64,000 nt of DNA, from NCBI GenBank assembly GCA_951406725.2, contig OX597823.1, positions 70,494,001 through 70,558,000 on the forward strand. Reading direction: 5' to 3'. This document shows, piece by piece, positions 40,662 to 55,124 of the stretch (positions within the stretch are counted from its first letter, which is position 1; each line of letters begins with the position of its first letter). The translations under genes were made by a program, and so were the position numbers. Source of the DNA: Octopus vulgaris (Eukaryota). The notes beneath the pieces are model-generated. The model did no database searches and was not told the origin of the DNA. It saw only the letters and a list, made by a program, of their open reading frames with translations.

Positions 40662-41466
40662 CCTTCATTCTTCTTCTTTCATCCCTCTTCTTTTATATGC
40701 CATACTATGTAAATAAACTTCATGATGTTTCCAGTCAATTCATGCAGCAGCTGCTGTAGTTTGTAGACATGTGCGTTATATTCTTTATTCAGTAATGTGT
40801 GTGTTCAAGTAAGTTAACATGCTTTCCAACTAGTGTCCCCTCTTTTTCAATACACGACAAATTTATGTTAGTAGTTATAAATATCTTGGTTCTTTCATTT
40901 CTACCGGATAGAATAATGGAAGTAAAACACACTAATCCCAAAGCCATTCATACACATTTATAGTGGGTGTTGAAGTAGGAAACTTGGTGAAAATCGTTTC
41001 GAGTGACAACAATTCACAAAATTGGGAGTGATAAATTGCGAGTTGTTAATGGCACAGACAATCAGATTAGCTGTATTGAAGCAGGTGTCAAAATATTTGC
41101 AATAATGTGATGCAAATGAAGATGATCATCAGAAAAAACAGTCCGGTATTACGTAGTAATGTAGGAAAAAAAAAAAAAAAGAAGAGTAATGCAGCAGAGC
41201 ACCAGAATAAACATCTGCCACACCATAATTGATAGATTTATACTTCTATAATTCCGTAGAACTAGAAAATAGAAAACTTATTTCATGCTTCAGTACATGT
41301 TCAGACTTGATAAGACGTAAACAAAGAATGTAACTGAAAAGTTGAGAAGCAAAAGAAATTTTGGATCGAGCATTCAACTCTTTTCTGTCAATACCATATT
41401 ATTATTATTATCACCACCACTACCACCACCATCATCATCATCACCACCACCACCACCACCACCACC

Positions 41467-41500
<34 letters not shown>

Positions 41501-41517
41501 ACATCATCATTATTATT

Positions 41518-41553
41518 GAGTGAGAGAGCAGTGCATGCCATCAAAGTGACACT
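41518..41553 (-). mobile_element. Family D (AAT-associated retroposon), 36-bp 3' stub
   Basis: GAGTGAGAGAGCAGTGCATGCCATCAAAGTGACACT between (ATT)n tracts. Confidence 0.8.
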
Positions 41554-42011
41554 ATTATTATTATTATTATTATTGTTGCTGTTGTTGTTATTATTATTAT
41601 TGTGTTTTGGCTTTGCTTAAACTTTATACAAGCTGCACACAAGACTCAACCAAAAACGTCAAGCGACAACAAAATTCTGCACCAAAGATGTTAACAGGTG
41701 AAATGCCATGTAGTCGAAAAAAACAAACTGATCTCTGTGTGTTAAAAAACAAAAATAACACCGAAGAAATATGATTGCATTTACATGGAAGGGAATTAAA
41801 GCAAAAAATGCGAGATTTCCTTATAAACGATCATTTGCAATTCACTTATTTTGGGGCTGCCAGTAATTTGATATCTGATTGCTCCCTTTGTTATCAGTCC
41901 AATAGCTGTTAGTAATGTTGGTGATTTGAGAAATCACATTCTTCTCAAGTCCTTATAATTTGCGAGTCTTCAAGTCCTTACATTTGCTCAAACTTGCAAA
42001 CGGTTTCAGAG

Positions 42012-42012
42012 T

Positions 42013-42110
<98 letters not shown>

Positions 42111-42201
42111 CTTCTTCTTCTTCTTCTTCTTCTTCTTCTTCTTCTTCTTCTTCTTCTTCTTCTTCTTCTTCTTCTTCTTCTTCTTCTTCTTCTTCTTCAC
42201 T

Positions 42202-42273
<72 letters not shown>

Positions 42274-42387
42274 TTTTTCATCCGCCTCCTCCTCCTCCTC
42301 CTCCTCTTCTTCTTCTTCTTCTTCTTCTTCTTCTTCTTCTTCTTCTTCTTCTTCTTCTTCTTCTTCTTCTTCTTCTTCTTCTTCTTC
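42012..42387. repeat. Compound (GTT)n(CTT)n(CAT)n(CCT)n(CTT)n microsatellite
   Basis: Read directly. Confidence 0.95.
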
Positions 42388-42394
42388 GCAAGAC

Positions 42395-42572
42395 TGTGAG
42401 CTGACAGAATCGTTAGCACGCCAGGCAAAATGCTTCGCGGCATTTCCTCCGTCTTTACGTTCTGAGTTCAAATTCCACCGTGGTCGACTTTGCCTTTCAT
42501 CTTTTCGAGGTCGATAAAATAAGTACGAGTTGGGCACTGGGGTCGATGTAATCAACTTACCTCTACCCTGAA
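42395..42572 (+). mobile_element. SINE family C
   Basis: Homology to other family C copies. Confidence 0.8.
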
Positions 42573-43052
42573 ATGCTCTTCTCAATACGTGTAATGTATC
42601 AGTTAAGACAATCTTTTACACTTCCTGCATGGATGGTAAACAAGGGATCATCCTCAAATAGTTCCTTTTCTTGATCATTCTAAATGCACCTACAATCACT
42701 GGTATTGTAACCGTCTGAGCTTATCAAATTCTTTTGCCGAGATATTATGATCACAAGGTATACTCCTGTCAATCAATAAACAGACCTTATTGTTTTGGTC
42801 TTTCACAGCAATATCTGGTTCATTAGCTTTGATGGTCCGCTCTATATGTACTGGAAAGTCCCAAAGAATCGTTATAGTTTCTCCCTCAGTTACAGCCTCA
42901 GAGTGGTGCTTGTACCATTTGTCAGGAGCTTTGATTTTATAACGCCGACATATTATTCACTGTAGATATTCATCAGTTTAACTCTGTAATGTCTTGATTT
43001 ATACTCTACAGGTGTTAAAATCTTACAACCAGAGATTAGGTGGTCCATTGTT
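42573..43052 (-). mobile_element. R4/Dong-like LINE restriction-like endonuclease fragment
   Basis: TMDHLISGCKILTPVEYKSRH...ILWDFPV...ANEPDIAVKD...IPVIVGA...HVLRRAF (zinc knuckle plus PD-D/ExK region). Confidence 0.8.
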
Positions 43053-43440
43053 GCTAAAGTCAGACACTTTCCTCTTTGGCCAAACCCTCATCAACTTTTT
43101 CAGGTTTCACTTGTAAAGGAAGTTGAGGGCGGAGCGGGAAGTGTTGCCCTCTAGCAAGTTTGTTGAAGGGTGGGTGAATGTTGGAAGAATGGGCAGTGTG
43201 AAAAGACAAATTCTGAGCCTACACCTGTGAAAAAAAGTAAAGGAGAAGGGCTCTTGCCCTGTTGATCAGGCACCCGTGGCTTTTGTGGGTTTTTCCACGA
43301 GGACCTACAAACACCCTTTTGGGAGTTTACGCTGTTTAATTATTATTATTTTTTATTGTTTACATGATGAAAATCCTTTATCTTCTTTTGTGTTGCCTTT
43401 TATGCTGTGTTATGTAAGTCCTTGTGGCTAATAAAATAAT
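43053..43440 (+). mobile_element. L1/Tx1-like LINE 3' end
   Basis: LINFFRFHL*RKLRAERE...KFVEGW C-terminus. The 3' UTR ends CCTTGTGGCTAATAAA; similar ends occur at ~45370-45630 and ~22100-22258. Confidence 0.5.
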
Positions 43441-43445
43441 GAATT

Positions 43446-43532
<87 letters not shown>

Positions 43533-44082
43533 GAGTAAGAGAACAGTGCATGCCAGCAAAGTGACACTGGGGTAAAATATACGAAACCCAGTATACCCAT
43601 CATGACTACCCGTCCGATAAGGGTACACTAGGCACATGCATCACAACCATATGTGCGCGAATGGTGATCTTATATGAAGATAAACAGCACGTTACCTTGC
43701 AGGTGGGGCTCCGAATTTTCTTCTGGTCGAGTAACCAATCTTGCTCAAAAGGTCCCTGAATAAGGGTTATTTAAGGATGTTGAACGAAACACCCATGTTT
43801 CCAGAAGTGAATTATTCAAACCCCAAAGATTCCCTCTCAACACATGGCTATGATGCTCCCCCACTACTTCTGCTCGTTATCAGAGATGCACATATCGTCA
43901 GCCACTAAGGGACATGCTCAACTGGTTAAGGTCAAACAACTGACAAGCAAATCTGTGGTATTGAGCAGAATATTTGCTGTAGCCCATCTTTTATACCAAG
44001 ACAAAACAATGCGCATGATAACACTTCCAATCAGTTAAGATCAGAAGCCACGAGAGCCACTGCCTGATATTGCATCAGGGCA
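43533..44082 (-). mobile_element. Family D, full length (550 bp), in (AAT)n
   Basis: Same two ends as the 58581-59160 copy; (ATT)n on both sides. Confidence 0.88.
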
Positions 44083-44098
44083 TTTATTATTATTATTA

Positions 44099-44160
<62 letters not shown>

Positions 44161-44497
44161 GAGTGAGAGAGCAGTGAATGCCAACAAAGTGACACTGGGG
44201 TAAAATATACGGAGCCCAGTATACCCATCATGACTACCCGTCTGATAAGGGTACACCAGGCACATGCATCACAACCATGTATGCGCGACGTGTTGATCTC
44301 ATATGAATATAAACAGCGCATGACCTTGCAGGTGGAGCCCTGTTAGAATTTTCTTCAGGTCGAGTAGCCCATCCCGCTCAAAAGATCTCTGAATAAGGGT
44401 TGTTTAAGGATGATGAACGAACCACCCATGTTTCCGAGGATGAATTATCCAAATCCCAAAGAATTCCTCTCAACACATGGCTATGATGCTCCCCCAC

Positions 44498-44498
<1 letters not shown>
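44161..44498 (-). mobile_element. Family D, 5'-truncated
   Basis: Shared 3' end; (ATT)n on both sides. Confidence 0.88.
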
Positions 44499-44573
<75 letters not shown>

Positions 44574-44579
44574 CATTTA

Positions 44580-44797
44580 GGCGGCAAGCTGGCAGAATTG
44601 TTTGCTTGCTGACTGGACAAAATGCTTAGCGGTATTTCGCCCATCGCCATTTGCTAAGTTCAAATTCTGCTAAGGTCGTCTTAGCCTTTCTTCCTTTCGG
44701 GGCCGATACAATAAGTACCAGTGAAATACTGGGGTCGATGTAATCGACTTGTCCACTGCCCTTAAATTTGATGCCTTGTGCTTCCAGTTGATAGGAT
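44580..44797 (+). mobile_element. SINE family C
   Basis: Homology to other family C copies. Confidence 0.75.
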
Positions 44798-44832
44798 TAT
44801 TATTATTATTATTATTATCATTATTATTATTA

Positions 44833-44900
<68 letters not shown>

Positions 44901-45358
44901 GAGTGAGAGAGCACTGCATGCCATCAAAGTGACACCGGAGTAAAATATACGAAGCCCAGTATAACCATCATGACTACCCGTCTGATAAGGGTACACTAGG
45001 CACATGCATCACAACCATATGTGCGCGACATGTTGATCTCATATCAAGATAAACAGCGCTTGACCTTGCAGGTGGAGCCCAGTTACAATTTTCTTCTGGT
45101 CGAGTAACCCATCCCGCTCAAAAGGTCCCCGAATAAGGATTGTTTAAGGATGTTGAACGAACCACCCATGTTTCCAAAGGTGAATTATCCAAACCTCCAA
45201 GAATTCCTTTCAACACATGGCTATGAGGCTCCCCCACTACTTCTGCTCATGATCAGGGATGCACATATTGTCAGCCACTAAGGGAAATGCTCAGCTGGTT
45301 ATGGTCAAACAACTGACAAGCAAATCTGTGGTATTGAGCAGAATATTTGCTGTAGCCC
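44901..45358 (-). mobile_element. Family D, 5'-truncated
   Basis: Shared 3' end; (ATT)n on both sides. Confidence 0.88.
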
Positions 45359-45635
45359 TATTATTATTATTCAAAAGGAGAAAAAAAGGGGACTCTCTAC
45401 ACCCCCTTTTTTTTTTGACCAGGCTCCCGTTGGCTTTTGTAGGGTTTTTCCACCAGGAACCTTTCGAAACGTCTCCCCCTTTTGGGAGTTTTTCATTGTT
45501 GAATTTTATAAGTTGTTATAAAGATTTTTACTCAATGTTTTTCATAAACGGCAAAACCCTTTGTAACCTTTCGTCCTGTCTTGTCCCTTTATGTAATCAT
45601 GCGTGTCAGCCCTTGTGGCCAATAAAAAAGAATTG

Positions 45636-45694
<59 letters not shown>

Positions 45695-45752
45695 CATTAT
45701 TATCATCATTATTATTATTATTATCATTATTATTATTATTATCATTATTATA

Positions 45753-45960
45753 TGGCTGTGAGCTGGAAGAATCGTTAGCACACCGGGCAAAATGCATAAC
45801 GGCACTTCGTCCGTCTTTAGGTTCTGATTTCAGACTCTGCCGAGGTGGACTTTGCCTGTCATCCTTTCAAGGTCGATAAATTAAGTATCAGTTTCGCACC
45901 GAGGTCGATGTAATCGATTAGTCCCCTCTCCGCAAATTTCAGGCCTTTAGTAGAAAGGAT
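45753..45960 (+). mobile_element. SINE family C followed by a long (CTT)n tract
   Basis: Homology to other family C copies. Confidence 0.75.
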
Positions 45961-47809
45961 TCTTCTTCTTCTTCTTCTTCTTCTTCTTCTTCTTCTTCTT
46001 CTTCTTCTTCTTCTTCTTCTTCTTCTTCTTCTTCTTCTTCTTCTTCTTCTTCTTCTTCTCCTTCTTCTCCTTCTTCTTCTTCTTCTTCTTCTTCTTCTTC
46101 TTCTTCTTCTTCTTCTTCTTCTTCTTCTTCTTCTTCTTCTTCTCCTCCTCCTCCCCTCCCCACCCCTCCTCATCGTCCCTCCCTCCTCTCCCTCGTCCCT
46201 CTCGTCCCTCGTCCCTCTCGTCCCTCGTCCCTCTCGTCCCTCGTCCCTCTTCTCCTCCCCCTCCAGCAAAATTTCACCTCTTTCTAGAATATATTCACTT
46301 CTTGTCATAAAGGTAATAATAACAGACAACAACTCTCAAAACAGAAGAGGTGACAAGTGTATGATGAAGTGTTAGTTTTTTTAAAAGATGTTATGCGCAA
46401 AGGCTGCACCTCGATAAATAGTTCTCAATAAACTGCTAACAATCTCATAGTTTATAAAATAACCGTGAAATGTCCATGTGGTGTTTAAATGTATTTTAAT
46501 GTAATAGAATCCAAATCCAGCATAAAACTCTTTTGACAATTAAATTAATCACGATTCAATCGTTGCTTAAATTTTCAACAAGTTTGCGTAATCTGTGACA
46601 TATGTACGATTGTTCATAGAAAACCAATATAATTAGAAATCATTATAATATATATCTTAGCATTATGAATTGAAACCCCACAGGGGTTCTAATTGGTCCT
46701 TACCTCTTCATTATCTGTAAAGCAAAATACTTGTTAGAGAAAATAAATTCTATTTAGCAAAATAAATCATTATTATTATTTATTATTGTGTTCGAAATTT
46801 CAATTGTTTTATGATATTTTCTCTACCAAGAGTATTTTCTTCAGTCAAGTAAGAATATCTCTTTATTCTGCCTCATTACTCCATTCACTATCACTTCATC
46901 AAAAATAGACGGCAACGGCTGTGGCAGTTGGTTCTTCTACAAGGGCAGCTATAGACATTTGCTGCAGAATTTCGCGTCAATAAATATTGCAGCTAATACT
47001 TTGAGTAATTTTTCATCGCGCAGCTGTTACAAATCTCAGCGAAAGTATCGCGCAATTATCGTTCAATATGTCACCTACATCATTCTCCAAGACATTTAAA
47101 TGCCTTAACTCTCCTCACTTGTAACATTCTGTTTTCTATTTTATTGATTTCCTCTCCTCCTTCTCCTCCATCTAAATTTACTTTTTATTCGCTCTTCAGA
47201 AAAAGAAAGCTTTTTATATTCTTGTAGTATTCTTTTTCTTCTCTTTAGTTGCAGAAGGAACCAATTCCTTTGTTCAGGACCGATATTCGGTTTGGTTTTC
47301 AATTTCTCTTACTTACTCTCCCATTTCTCCTCCATTTCGAAATATTTTATCACTTTATCTGTTTTTACATTCGTTCGCACATTTCTTACAAAATCAATTC
47401 TTCCATCCTATGAACCTTAATTCTTTCTGTCAGTCACAAGCTGTTAATTTATCTGGAATTATAACTAAGTAGAAAAAAATGATGGATAGAAAGCTGACGA
47501 CAAAATTAAGCCGACTTTTTTGCCGTCTTGTATTTCCTTCTCGATATCTTGTTTTATTTATATTTAATTTTCACAAACCATTTCTCTGTACACTGCTTTT
47601 GTAAACAAGTTCATTAATCAAGATTTGATTTGGTTATTTACTTCTAACGACTAAATTAAGGATCTTGTTTAAGTGCTCATAATATCTGAATAATTTGGCA
47701 GAATGTTTTCTCGTACTTTATAATAATTTTTCATTAAAATATCAAATGAATAACTTTAAATTTTAAGAAAAAATCCTTAGTACCAAATATTTAACCTCAC
47801 ACATCCCAT

Positions 47810-48331
47810 ATGAAAATACCCTCCATCAGGCATTTGCCATATTCTGAACGTCTTACTTCCCTGGGCATGGATACATTGAAACTCCGACGTCTGGCAGCTG
47901 ACTTGGCAGACACCCATAAAATTATTAACTATCTTACAAACAATAACTCTGAGCACCTTTTCAAACTCTATCTGTTTAACACCCGTGGACATGTTTACAA
48001 AGTCAGAAAACAGCACAGCTCCCATGACTTTCGGAAATATTTTTTCACGCTAAGAGTTGCTGAAGCATGGAACAAGCTGCCGGCATCAGTTGTTAGTTGT
48101 CGGAGCACTGCATCCTTCAAAACTTCCATGCTTCCTGAGATTCGCCAACACCACACCTGATTTTCTCCCCTCCATACACACGCAAGCATGTATCTGACTC
48201 ATACACTGTTCACTTCCCAGACATTTGTACATTATTGCATATGCTTTATACGCACTTTCTGACAAGTTGTGGTGCACCTGAGCACTGTATACAATAATTT
48301 CATTATTATTATTATTTTTATTATTATTATT
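47810..48331 (+). mobile_element. CR1-clade LINE 3' end with 3' UTR and (ATT)n tail
   Basis: LPYSERLTSLGMDTLKLRRLAADL...TRGH...FFTLRVAEAWNKLP...SFK. Confidence 0.88.
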
Positions 48332-48434
48332 GAATGAGAGAGCAGTTCATGCCATCAAAGTGACACTGGGGTAAAATATACGAAGCCCAATATACCCATC
48401 ATGACTACCCGTTCTGATAAGGGTACACCAGGCA

Positions 48435-48436
<2 letters not shown>
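48332..48436 (-). mobile_element. Family D, 105-bp 3' stub inserted in the CR1 (ATT)n tail
   Basis: Shared 3' end; (ATT)n on both sides. Confidence 0.85.
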
Positions 48437-48498
<62 letters not shown>

Positions 48499-49731
48499 TT
48501 AATTGAAAACCAGACATTATATTCCTTGGCGCAAATCAGTGTGCTATTAAGGCAAAGGGTGGAACAGCAGAAATGGTAGTGTTGCAATTCTAAGTGATAC
48601 CCTTGAACGTAACTGCACTTAAAACATTCAATGGTTGAGTTTCAAATATTCGAGATTAATAAGTTACGTTTGTGGGTTCGATAAAATGGGCTACAAATTT
48701 CCTTGAAGCATTTGTGGCTTCTTCACATGTTAGCACTCGTTATTATGGTTGTGTGAGAATCAGGAAGTGATAGAAGTGGGTATAGCACCTTTTGGTGTTT
48801 AGTTGCATCTCCTAGTTCGAATCTTGCTGGGCAACTTTCCCACATCCCATCAAAAGCCTAGCTGAAGTAGCACCGTACATATATATCACTATTTTATGTT
48901 GACGTTAAAAATTATAGCAGAATCTATCCTATTCAAATCACTAACAAATATTACACTAAAACACGATGGCTTCAATAATAACAACAACCTCACTCCAACC
49001 CCAATACTTTATCTAACATCGACATTCACAAAGCTTTTGATTCCATTTCCGATTGCCCACTTTAAATTAAAATATTGATCAATTCAAGAAGCAAAATAGA
49101 ATAATGACAGTTTCCTGCATGAGACACATGGGCCTGTTCTCTTACCAATTCATTTGACCTACATCTACACGACCTTCACACACACAGCTTCATTTGTAGA
49201 TGACATCTCACTAACATTCTTCTACATTTTATATATACAATCGCACAAATTCTCCAACCTTACATCCATCAACTAGAAACTAGGCTCCAAAATTAAGAGT
49301 AACACTTAATAAATCCAATATCTTTCATTTTACCACTTGGAAAATTACCACCCATCGCACTCACTAATACAAACATATAATGCACATACAAAGAACATAA
49401 AAAAGTATTTGGAGGTTTTTAAAATACACAACCTCACCTACTCTCGTCATCCCCAATCTTTCCCAGTTTTTTCTCTCTCTCCAGTACATCATCCTTCTAG
49501 TCTATGATTTTCACGTAGCAGTCGTCTTGTAGTTGTTTAAGAGAAAACAACCGAGTCGATCTCAACAGGGTCTTCCTCCAGAAGAATCGTTAGAAAAACA
49601 GAGGAAACATATCCACAAAACAGATAGGAGGCACAAAAAAGAAAAAGAAAAGGATGCCATAATTCTCCGTATTCACTATCAGAATTTATACTCATACGGA
49701 AATATACTGAGGGAATAGAACATGTGTAGAT

Positions 49732-49801
49732 TATGACACTGCACTTCATATGACACTGCACTTCATATGACACTGCACTTCATATGACACTGCACTTCAT
49801 A
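49732..49801. repeat. 17-bp tandem repeat x4 (TATGACACTGCACTTCA)
   Basis: Read directly. Confidence 0.95.
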
Positions 49802-49882
49802 CGAATAACAAAAGCATGTCAGAAGATGCAATGTAGTTCATGGTAAGGTGGAAGCATGTTATATCGGAAACAATTATGGTAT

Positions 49883-50280
49883 GGGATGGAAGCACTCCGT
49901 CGGTTACGAAGACGAGGGTTCCGGTTGATCCGAATCAACGGAACAGCCTGCTCGTGAAATTAACGTGTAAGTGGCTGAGCTGAGCACTCCACAGACACGT
50001 GTACCCTTAACGTAGTTCTCGAGGATATTCAGCGTGACACAGAGAGTGACAAGGCCGGCCCTTTGAAATACAGGTACAACAGAAACAGGAAGTAAAAGTG
50101 AGAGAAAGTTGTGGTGAAAGAGTACAGCAGGGATCACCACCATCCCCTGCCGGAGCCTCGTGGAGCTTTAGGTGTTTTCGCTCAATAAACACTCACAACG
50201 CCCGGTCTGGGAATCGAAACCGCGATCCTATGAAAGCGAGTCCGCTGCCCTAACCACTGGGCCATTGCGCCTCCATCCTC
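49883..50280 (-). mobile_element. SINE family B, full length
   Basis: 12-bp TSD CAATTATGGTAT at 49871-49882 and 50281-50292. Confidence 0.92.
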
Positions 50281-50972
50281 CAATTATGGTATAATATACA
50301 AGTGAAAATATTTTATGTGGCTAGACAATTTAGCGTCCAGTTTTCAGCTGCTCAATCCGGGGAGAGTGGTGTTTTACATTTGCTACAAATTTCGTACCTG
50401 GAATTATGTTGTTCTGTTAACATCTGTTCTATTAAGCGGGCTTTTCTATCGGCTCAAAACTCCAAACTCCGTGATTTCTGCTCTGGTGTCTCGTGTTTGC
50501 TCAAGCTGGTTTGTCTATCGACTTGAGACTCCATTATCCGTCGTTTCAGCTCTGGTGTATTTTGTTCCTTCAAGCCGGCTTGCCTGGTTGTTTGAAACTG
50601 AAGTTTTACTTCTCGTTGTTCTTGTGTCTCCACGGCATTTCGTTGCCTATGAGATGGGAGTCTGTCCTGCTTTCTTCTTATATTTTCCTAGCCCTTCGAC
50701 TTCTGGAGCGTCGGACTTCAGTGGATTGAAAAGTATTATGCTGTCTTCTATGCATCATATTGAATGTTCTAAAGTAAGATATCTAAAAAATCAAAAATAA
50801 ATCCCGCAACATTTAACTCATTTTTGTTGTTGTTTCTAAATCCAATCATGTAACTTTATTTCATCCAGCTACCAAACTTCATAGAAATTAGTTCAGTATA
50901 ACAATTATACCTTTTATATAAACCAGCAAACTTCATCTCCCAAAACGAAAATATAATCGCTTCGAATCGTAG

Positions 50973-51039
<67 letters not shown>

Positions 51040-51577
51040 TTATATAAATGTAAGATCCAGGGATCGAGGTGTAGGAAGAAAGTTAGCTTCCGACCCCGCA
51101 GTCGAATGGTGCAATATTGCTGACCGTATTTTAATTAAAGCAACGGTTTTAATAAGACTGTCTTCGGTATTTCGCGTTCGTAACGGCTAAACATGTAGAA
51201 ACACAGCGTCCGGGAATCCGATAAGGGGATGCATTGGACAGATATAGTGATTTTACACATTTTCACCATAAGAGAGAATTTTTTGTGCACAGTAATTGCA
51301 GTGAATTTGCCTCTAGAACTTGAGATATGTCGCAAACATATCTTGACTAACCTAAAGTTCGCTTATGCCTAAACATTGCTTAGCACTGATACTGCTGTAA
51401 TATACATATACATATATACAGTTAGGCTATCACGAAGTATACATACATACATACATACATACATGCATACATACATACATACATACATACATACATACAT
51501 ACATACATACATACATACATACATACATACATACATACATACATACATACATACATACGTACATACATATGCATGTA

Positions 51578-51622
<45 letters not shown>

Positions 51623-52079
51623 TAATAATCAAAGGGTAATCTGAGATATTAGAAATTTCCATTACCAGTGGCCTAGCATGTAAAAATTTAGTCAATAGAC
51701 AATATATTAATCATATAAATACAGTGTACATTTAAACACATAAGAGGCATCCATCATAGGACTACCTACACGCTAGAGAGGACAGTTAAATTCCAAACCA
51801 CTTTATACATACACACACACATATATCCATTTACTTCTCTATTTCTCTCTCTCTCTCTACACACACACATATATACGTGTGTGTGTGTGTGTGTGCACAC
51901 TCATACATACACATACATATTTATATACACCTATGCATGTGTATACATATGCATGTGAGCAAGTTCCTAGTCTTTTATTCAGTTCTTGTAAGTCTGTCAT
52001 TGTTCACTTTAAAAACAGAAGCAGAGTATCTCAATGTTGGCATAATCCATGCATTTATTGTCTGGATGAGATTAGCTCC

Positions 52080-53650
52080 ACTTAGGTTTTTTTCAAGCTC
52101 TTTCTCACACTTCCCTTGTACATTTTAAAGACCATCTTATTTCTCTTTCCGTTACCTTTTCTTCCTGCAGCACCCTAGGTACTTTATCCTTCATTATCCC
52201 CCCACTAATCTAACGATATTATATCAAGTGGCATCTTTATACCATCAGATTTCATTTTTCAACCTCTCTTCATAGTTAAAACTGCCCTCTTATTCGTTCT
52301 AAATATATTAATAATAGTCTATTCAACCAACTGCTAAGTTCTATTTTATTTGTACATTACTGTATCGTGCTATGAGCAGATTTCCTTCTGTGTCAATTTT
52401 CCTCTTCCGGTAATAGATCGTTAAGTTTAAAAAGTTATACAATTCATCTGCTCTGAAACTAGTTAGTAATTTCCAGAGAAATGGTAAGCATGTAATAGAT
52501 CTTTTATTTTTCTTTATCCTTCTGCATTGATACTGTTCTTCTATTTGCAATCCATATTAGTGTACCATTCCTATGCAATCAGTAAACGGTTGTATATAGC
52601 CGCGAATGTTTGTGAGATTTTTGAATTAGAATCCCTGTACACACACCATCAGGTTCAGAAGCTTTCTAGTTTGATATTTTTGAAATGACTTTTTCAGTTT
52701 TTCTTCAGTAATATTTATACTCTGTTATCTTGGCCTATTTTCCATTTCCTTTTCAAATTTCAGTAATATTGCTGTGTTGAACATCTTTTCTTCTTGCTGC
52801 TTCTGCATTTGGTGTATAATTCTCCTTACACCCATCTTTATTGTTCAACTGTTAGTAAAACTTCCTTTCATTGTTTCTGAAGAACCTCTTCTGATTAATT
52901 CTTTTAATTTTTAATCGGACTTTGCTTTAACCGTTTCGTCTTATCCCTTAAGCAACTTGTAATCCTGTGTACAATATCAGTTATTTCTTTGGAGCTCGCT
53001 CCTCTGTCTTTTCTCTACCTTATTCTCCACTCATAGTAAACATCCTTCCAAGATCGCTATTAAGCTGCTTAGCATAATTTTTAAGTTTTCATGTGTTCTG
53101 GCCCTTATTTTCTGCTTAATAATTAACCCCAAGAATTCCTACAGCAACCGAGGCTGCGTTTTATATGGAGTTCACTTGCACCTGCTATATTCTTCATTCT
53201 CAACTTTAATTTTCGTTAAAGATTTATTCATTATCTTTACTTCTTTTTACACTGTTTCCAGCTTCAATTCCTTTCAGAACTGATAATCTCGTTTCATCCT
53301 TAATCTGTGTCTCATGTAAATGTTGGATTAAGTTCCTTCCTTCTGTAATATCCTTTTTACAGCGGAGTAAAACTTACTTTCACTTTCACTACAGCTGTTT
53401 TCTTTCTGATGATTCATTGCTATTTCTTGTTCAATTTTCCCTTCTACATGGCCATATTCTCCATCATTCACTATTTCGACAATTTCTTCCAAATCCAGCT
53501 GGGATAGCTTTTATCGTTTCGTGATTTGATTTTTCTGATAAAACTGTAGTGTTAAAGTGATACAACCACCGGATGTGTCACGTTAATACCATAATCCTCT
53601 TTATGAGTATAATTTTAGATAATATTTTAAATCATAATTGCAGTAAAGAG
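52080..53650 (-). mobile_element. Decayed R4/Dong-like LINE (N-terminal part of RT)
   Basis: RSITCLPFLWKLLTS (YRPITCL motif); many stops; boundaries approximate. Confidence 0.55.
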
Positions 53651-55087
53651 ACTGTATTCTCAGGTGAAGATCTCTCGCACAGCAAGTATCCCACTGCACA
53701 GCAGGACGGGCTTCACTGTTACTTAAGTGACAACAATTTGTTATGAACTGTTATTACAGGTTCGCTCCTGACAGCATTGTTATGTGGTAGTAGAAGTCAT
53801 TTGAGACTGTTTTTCTTAGAGGAACTGGAAAAGCTTGAAAGCTAGAAATGCCGAAAAGAGAGAAAAGCAAAGGAGATCAGCTGTGGTAAGCAATAAGAAT
53901 CCTTCAGTTTCAGCTTAGAGGCCTGTACTTCTTAGCTAGTGTTGCAAGTTTTCCTTGGTTACCTTCAACCGTTCAGCCTTCTCAGGTATTTGAAACGTAG
54001 GCAGTTTCTTGCTATTGCTTTATCATAGCAATATTGGGACAACTAGAATATTGATGCCTGTTATTGCATTTTACGCACTTTACTGTTTTAAGTATTAACC
54101 TAATGTATTTATAATATTCTTTCATTTAACCTTATATTTCATTTGTATGTATTTATCATTTTCTGGTGTATTGATTCTTAAGTAATTGTATGCTGTTGTC
54201 TGGTCAAAATCTCTTATCTCATGTTTCTTTACAAATCACTATAAGTTCTGATTAACTTTTCATATCTTCAAGGTTGCCGCAGCATATTTTATTGAAATTC
54301 GAAACTCATTTCAATTTCTCTTGTAAATCCATGTACCATCTGCAGTGGTGTTTTTAGTTGTTTAATATCTGCAGCGTATATATTCACGTTGCCCATATAC
54401 ACAGTATGGGTGACTGTTCTGCCATAAACTTCGTAGGCGAATCCACTCCAATTTGGTTTGTCTCATGTTGTTCTTAGTCATGTGAACTTCTTATCCACCT
54501 CGGGGGAACAGTCTCAATGGGTTTGATACCTGTAACTGTAATATTATATTGCTTTCTAAGGACAGAAGAGATACACTTGTTTGTGAGTGTGAATAACAGA
54601 TTAGAAGGGTCAGCAGGCAGTTTATTCCTTATACCTGCTACTTTCTTCTTCAAGTCTAAATTAATTATTTTGAAATTATTTTCACAATATTTAACAGAGG
54701 TTGTTTAGGAAATTCATTTTGTGGTCGTGAAAAACTGATGGTGACTTCTTCGATAGTTCCCTAGTCACCCCCAGAAAACAAATTTTGGTGGACCGAAGTA
54801 GCTTAGTGACATTTCTTTGGGCTCTTTATGTTCTGAGTTCGAATTCCGCGAGGTCGCCTTTGACTTCCACCCTTTCGGAGGTCAATGAAGTACAGGGTGT
54901 TCGGGCTAAATTGGAAGTTTGCATAAAAGTAAAAGAAAACACAATATCACCTATCACAATTAGCGCAGGAGTGGCTGTATGGCAAGAAACTTGCTTCCCA
55001 ACCACATGGTTCCGGGTTCAGTCCCACTGCGTGGTATCAAAGCCTTTCGAGCGGATTTGGTAGATGAAAACTGAAAGAAGCCCGTCG

Positions 55088-55113
<26 letters not shown>

Positions 55114-55124
<11 letters not shown>

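Noticed and set aside
43428-45005. Repeated small ORFs MCLVYPY...NNNN as a peptide gene family
   Set aside because: They are the family D 3' end read into (AAT)n from non-ATG starts, and the frames are not maintained across all copies.
37241-46332. Long homopolymeric ORFs (poly-T/L/S/E/R/N)
   Set aside because: These are translations of trinucleotide and CT microsatellites with no splice or domain support.
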